From: Paramoeba atlantica
Taxonomy: Eukaryota > Protista > Discosea
Length of the DNA: 64,000 nt
Reading direction: 5' to 3'
NCBI GenBank assembly: GCA_977017575.1
Contig: CDRNVI010000002.1
Location: forward strand, 930,001 to 994,000
A model generated the notes under the pieces. It had not been told where the DNA came from and ran no database searches. It worked only from the letters and a program-made list of their open reading frames with translations. Below, piece by piece: positions 63,165 through 64,000 of the stretch. The translations under genes and the position numbers were made by a program. Numbering within the stretch: the first letter of the stretch is position 1; the number at the start of each line of letters is the position of its first letter.

Positions 63165-64000
63165 TCATACACTCTACGCTCATATACAGTTGCCCCTCCT
63201 CGCTATACTTAGCTAGGTACGCTACTTATCAGAGAATCACTTGCCTCTATGTCGTCACGATTCTCCGGCGACGCTCGATTTTTGGGGCCACTGTGGGCCA
63301 CTGTGGGTCGTCTTGTGCCACTTAGTCCACTACGGGCCACCCGGGGACTGCATTGGGTCCAATGAGTTCGAAGGAAGCTTGAATCTAATGCATCTGCCCA
63401 AAAATATGAGAGTACTGCACGCAGGTCATAACAATTTGAGTGGAAATGTCATTCTTTTACATTTGCCACCGATTATGAAGTCACTGTATCTATCTTATAA
63501 TAAATTCTCAGGCACCCTGGATTTGCAGCACTTACCATCGGAGTTTCAAGATCTTCGATTGAATGTAAATAATTTTTCCGGTCTTATATTCTTGGATGAC
63601 CTTCCTAAGGGCCTCAAAACATTATGGCTGTACGGCAACGAAGAACTGCAAGGAGAGATCGACGCAAGAAAGCTTCCTGAAACTTTGGCCAGCTTTTCCT
63701 ACAGCGATACAAAAATTGAAATTTTACCTACTCCTCAACAATAATTAGTATAAAATTTATACTCAATATTTCTACAATTACAGTACTCAATATTACGTCG
63801 CTTATACCGTCAAAGCATAATTTATGGCCTTGGGACATAAATGACATTTTATGAGTTGTGACCAAGGACGAATGCGTAGCACCTGGATCACTTTTGTGGT
63901 TTGGGTTGTATGGAAACTCACGGTGGAGCATAACCTGTGGTCATGGCTCTCATCGATTTTGTTTACCTTCTCTGGCTTTACGGTGACACAGAACCTGAAT

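Larger units (their letters stand above)
60654..63360 (+). mobile_element. Complete PHIS (PIF/Harbinger-like) DNA transposon, 2707 bp
   Basis: AAT|GGACCC ... GGGTCC|AAT (3-bp TSD). 10-bp subterminal repeats TGGG(C/A)CACT(A/G) at both ends in the same orientation. Two genes. Confidence 0.92.
60174..63744 (+). pseudogene. LRR gene copy 8, split by a transposon (halves 60174-60653 and 63364-63744)
   Basis: Removing 60654-63363 restores an in-frame 286-aa LRR ORF: LPHSISGLDLEYN|EFEGSLNLMHLP. Confidence 0.92.
1..64000 (+). other. Unidirectional intron-less gene cluster (polycistronic transcription unit-like)
   Basis: All recognisable host genes are single-exon and on +. Pyrimidine-rich tracts with downstream AG precede several starts (e.g. 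~20260-20340, ~57380-57420), compatible with trans-splicing acceptors. Confidence 0.85.

Noticed and set aside
1-64000. Spliced-leader RNA, rRNA, intact tRNA genes, telomeric arrays
   Set aside because: No recognisable match by eye; a divergent SL gene cannot be excluded without a search.

Overview
Eukaryotic, intron-free window in which every credible protein-coding gene lies on the + strand, i.e. one directional (polycistronic-type) gene cluster. Gene content (RPL13 with the kinetoplastid-like HW...SQKG.VKV segment, globular-domain-less histone H1s, PPR, QSOX) points to a kinetoplastid, most plausibly a Perkinsela-like lineage; this is inference, not a database result. About 25 core or hypothetical genes (SWR1, lipin, clathrin light chain, PCMT, RPL13, VPS52, PPR, CPSF100, TrpRS, SET, 4x H1, QSOX, SRP54 and others) are interleaved with 8 diverged short LRR genes and many mobile elements. 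These include a complete PHIS/Harbinger-like transposon that splits an LRR gene with a 3-bp TSD, a non-autonomous relative, TA-flanked MITEs, pogo-like and Merlin remnants, a Helentron/HINE-like hairpin module in two copies, and a CRE/SLACS-like RT relic. The least explained signals are (1) recurrent 1-1.5 kb GC-rich islands whose top strand flips from C-rich to G-rich, even mid-gene, and (2) a 371-bp conserved, structured unit repeated with unrelated spacers that ends in a box C/D snoRNA-like module.
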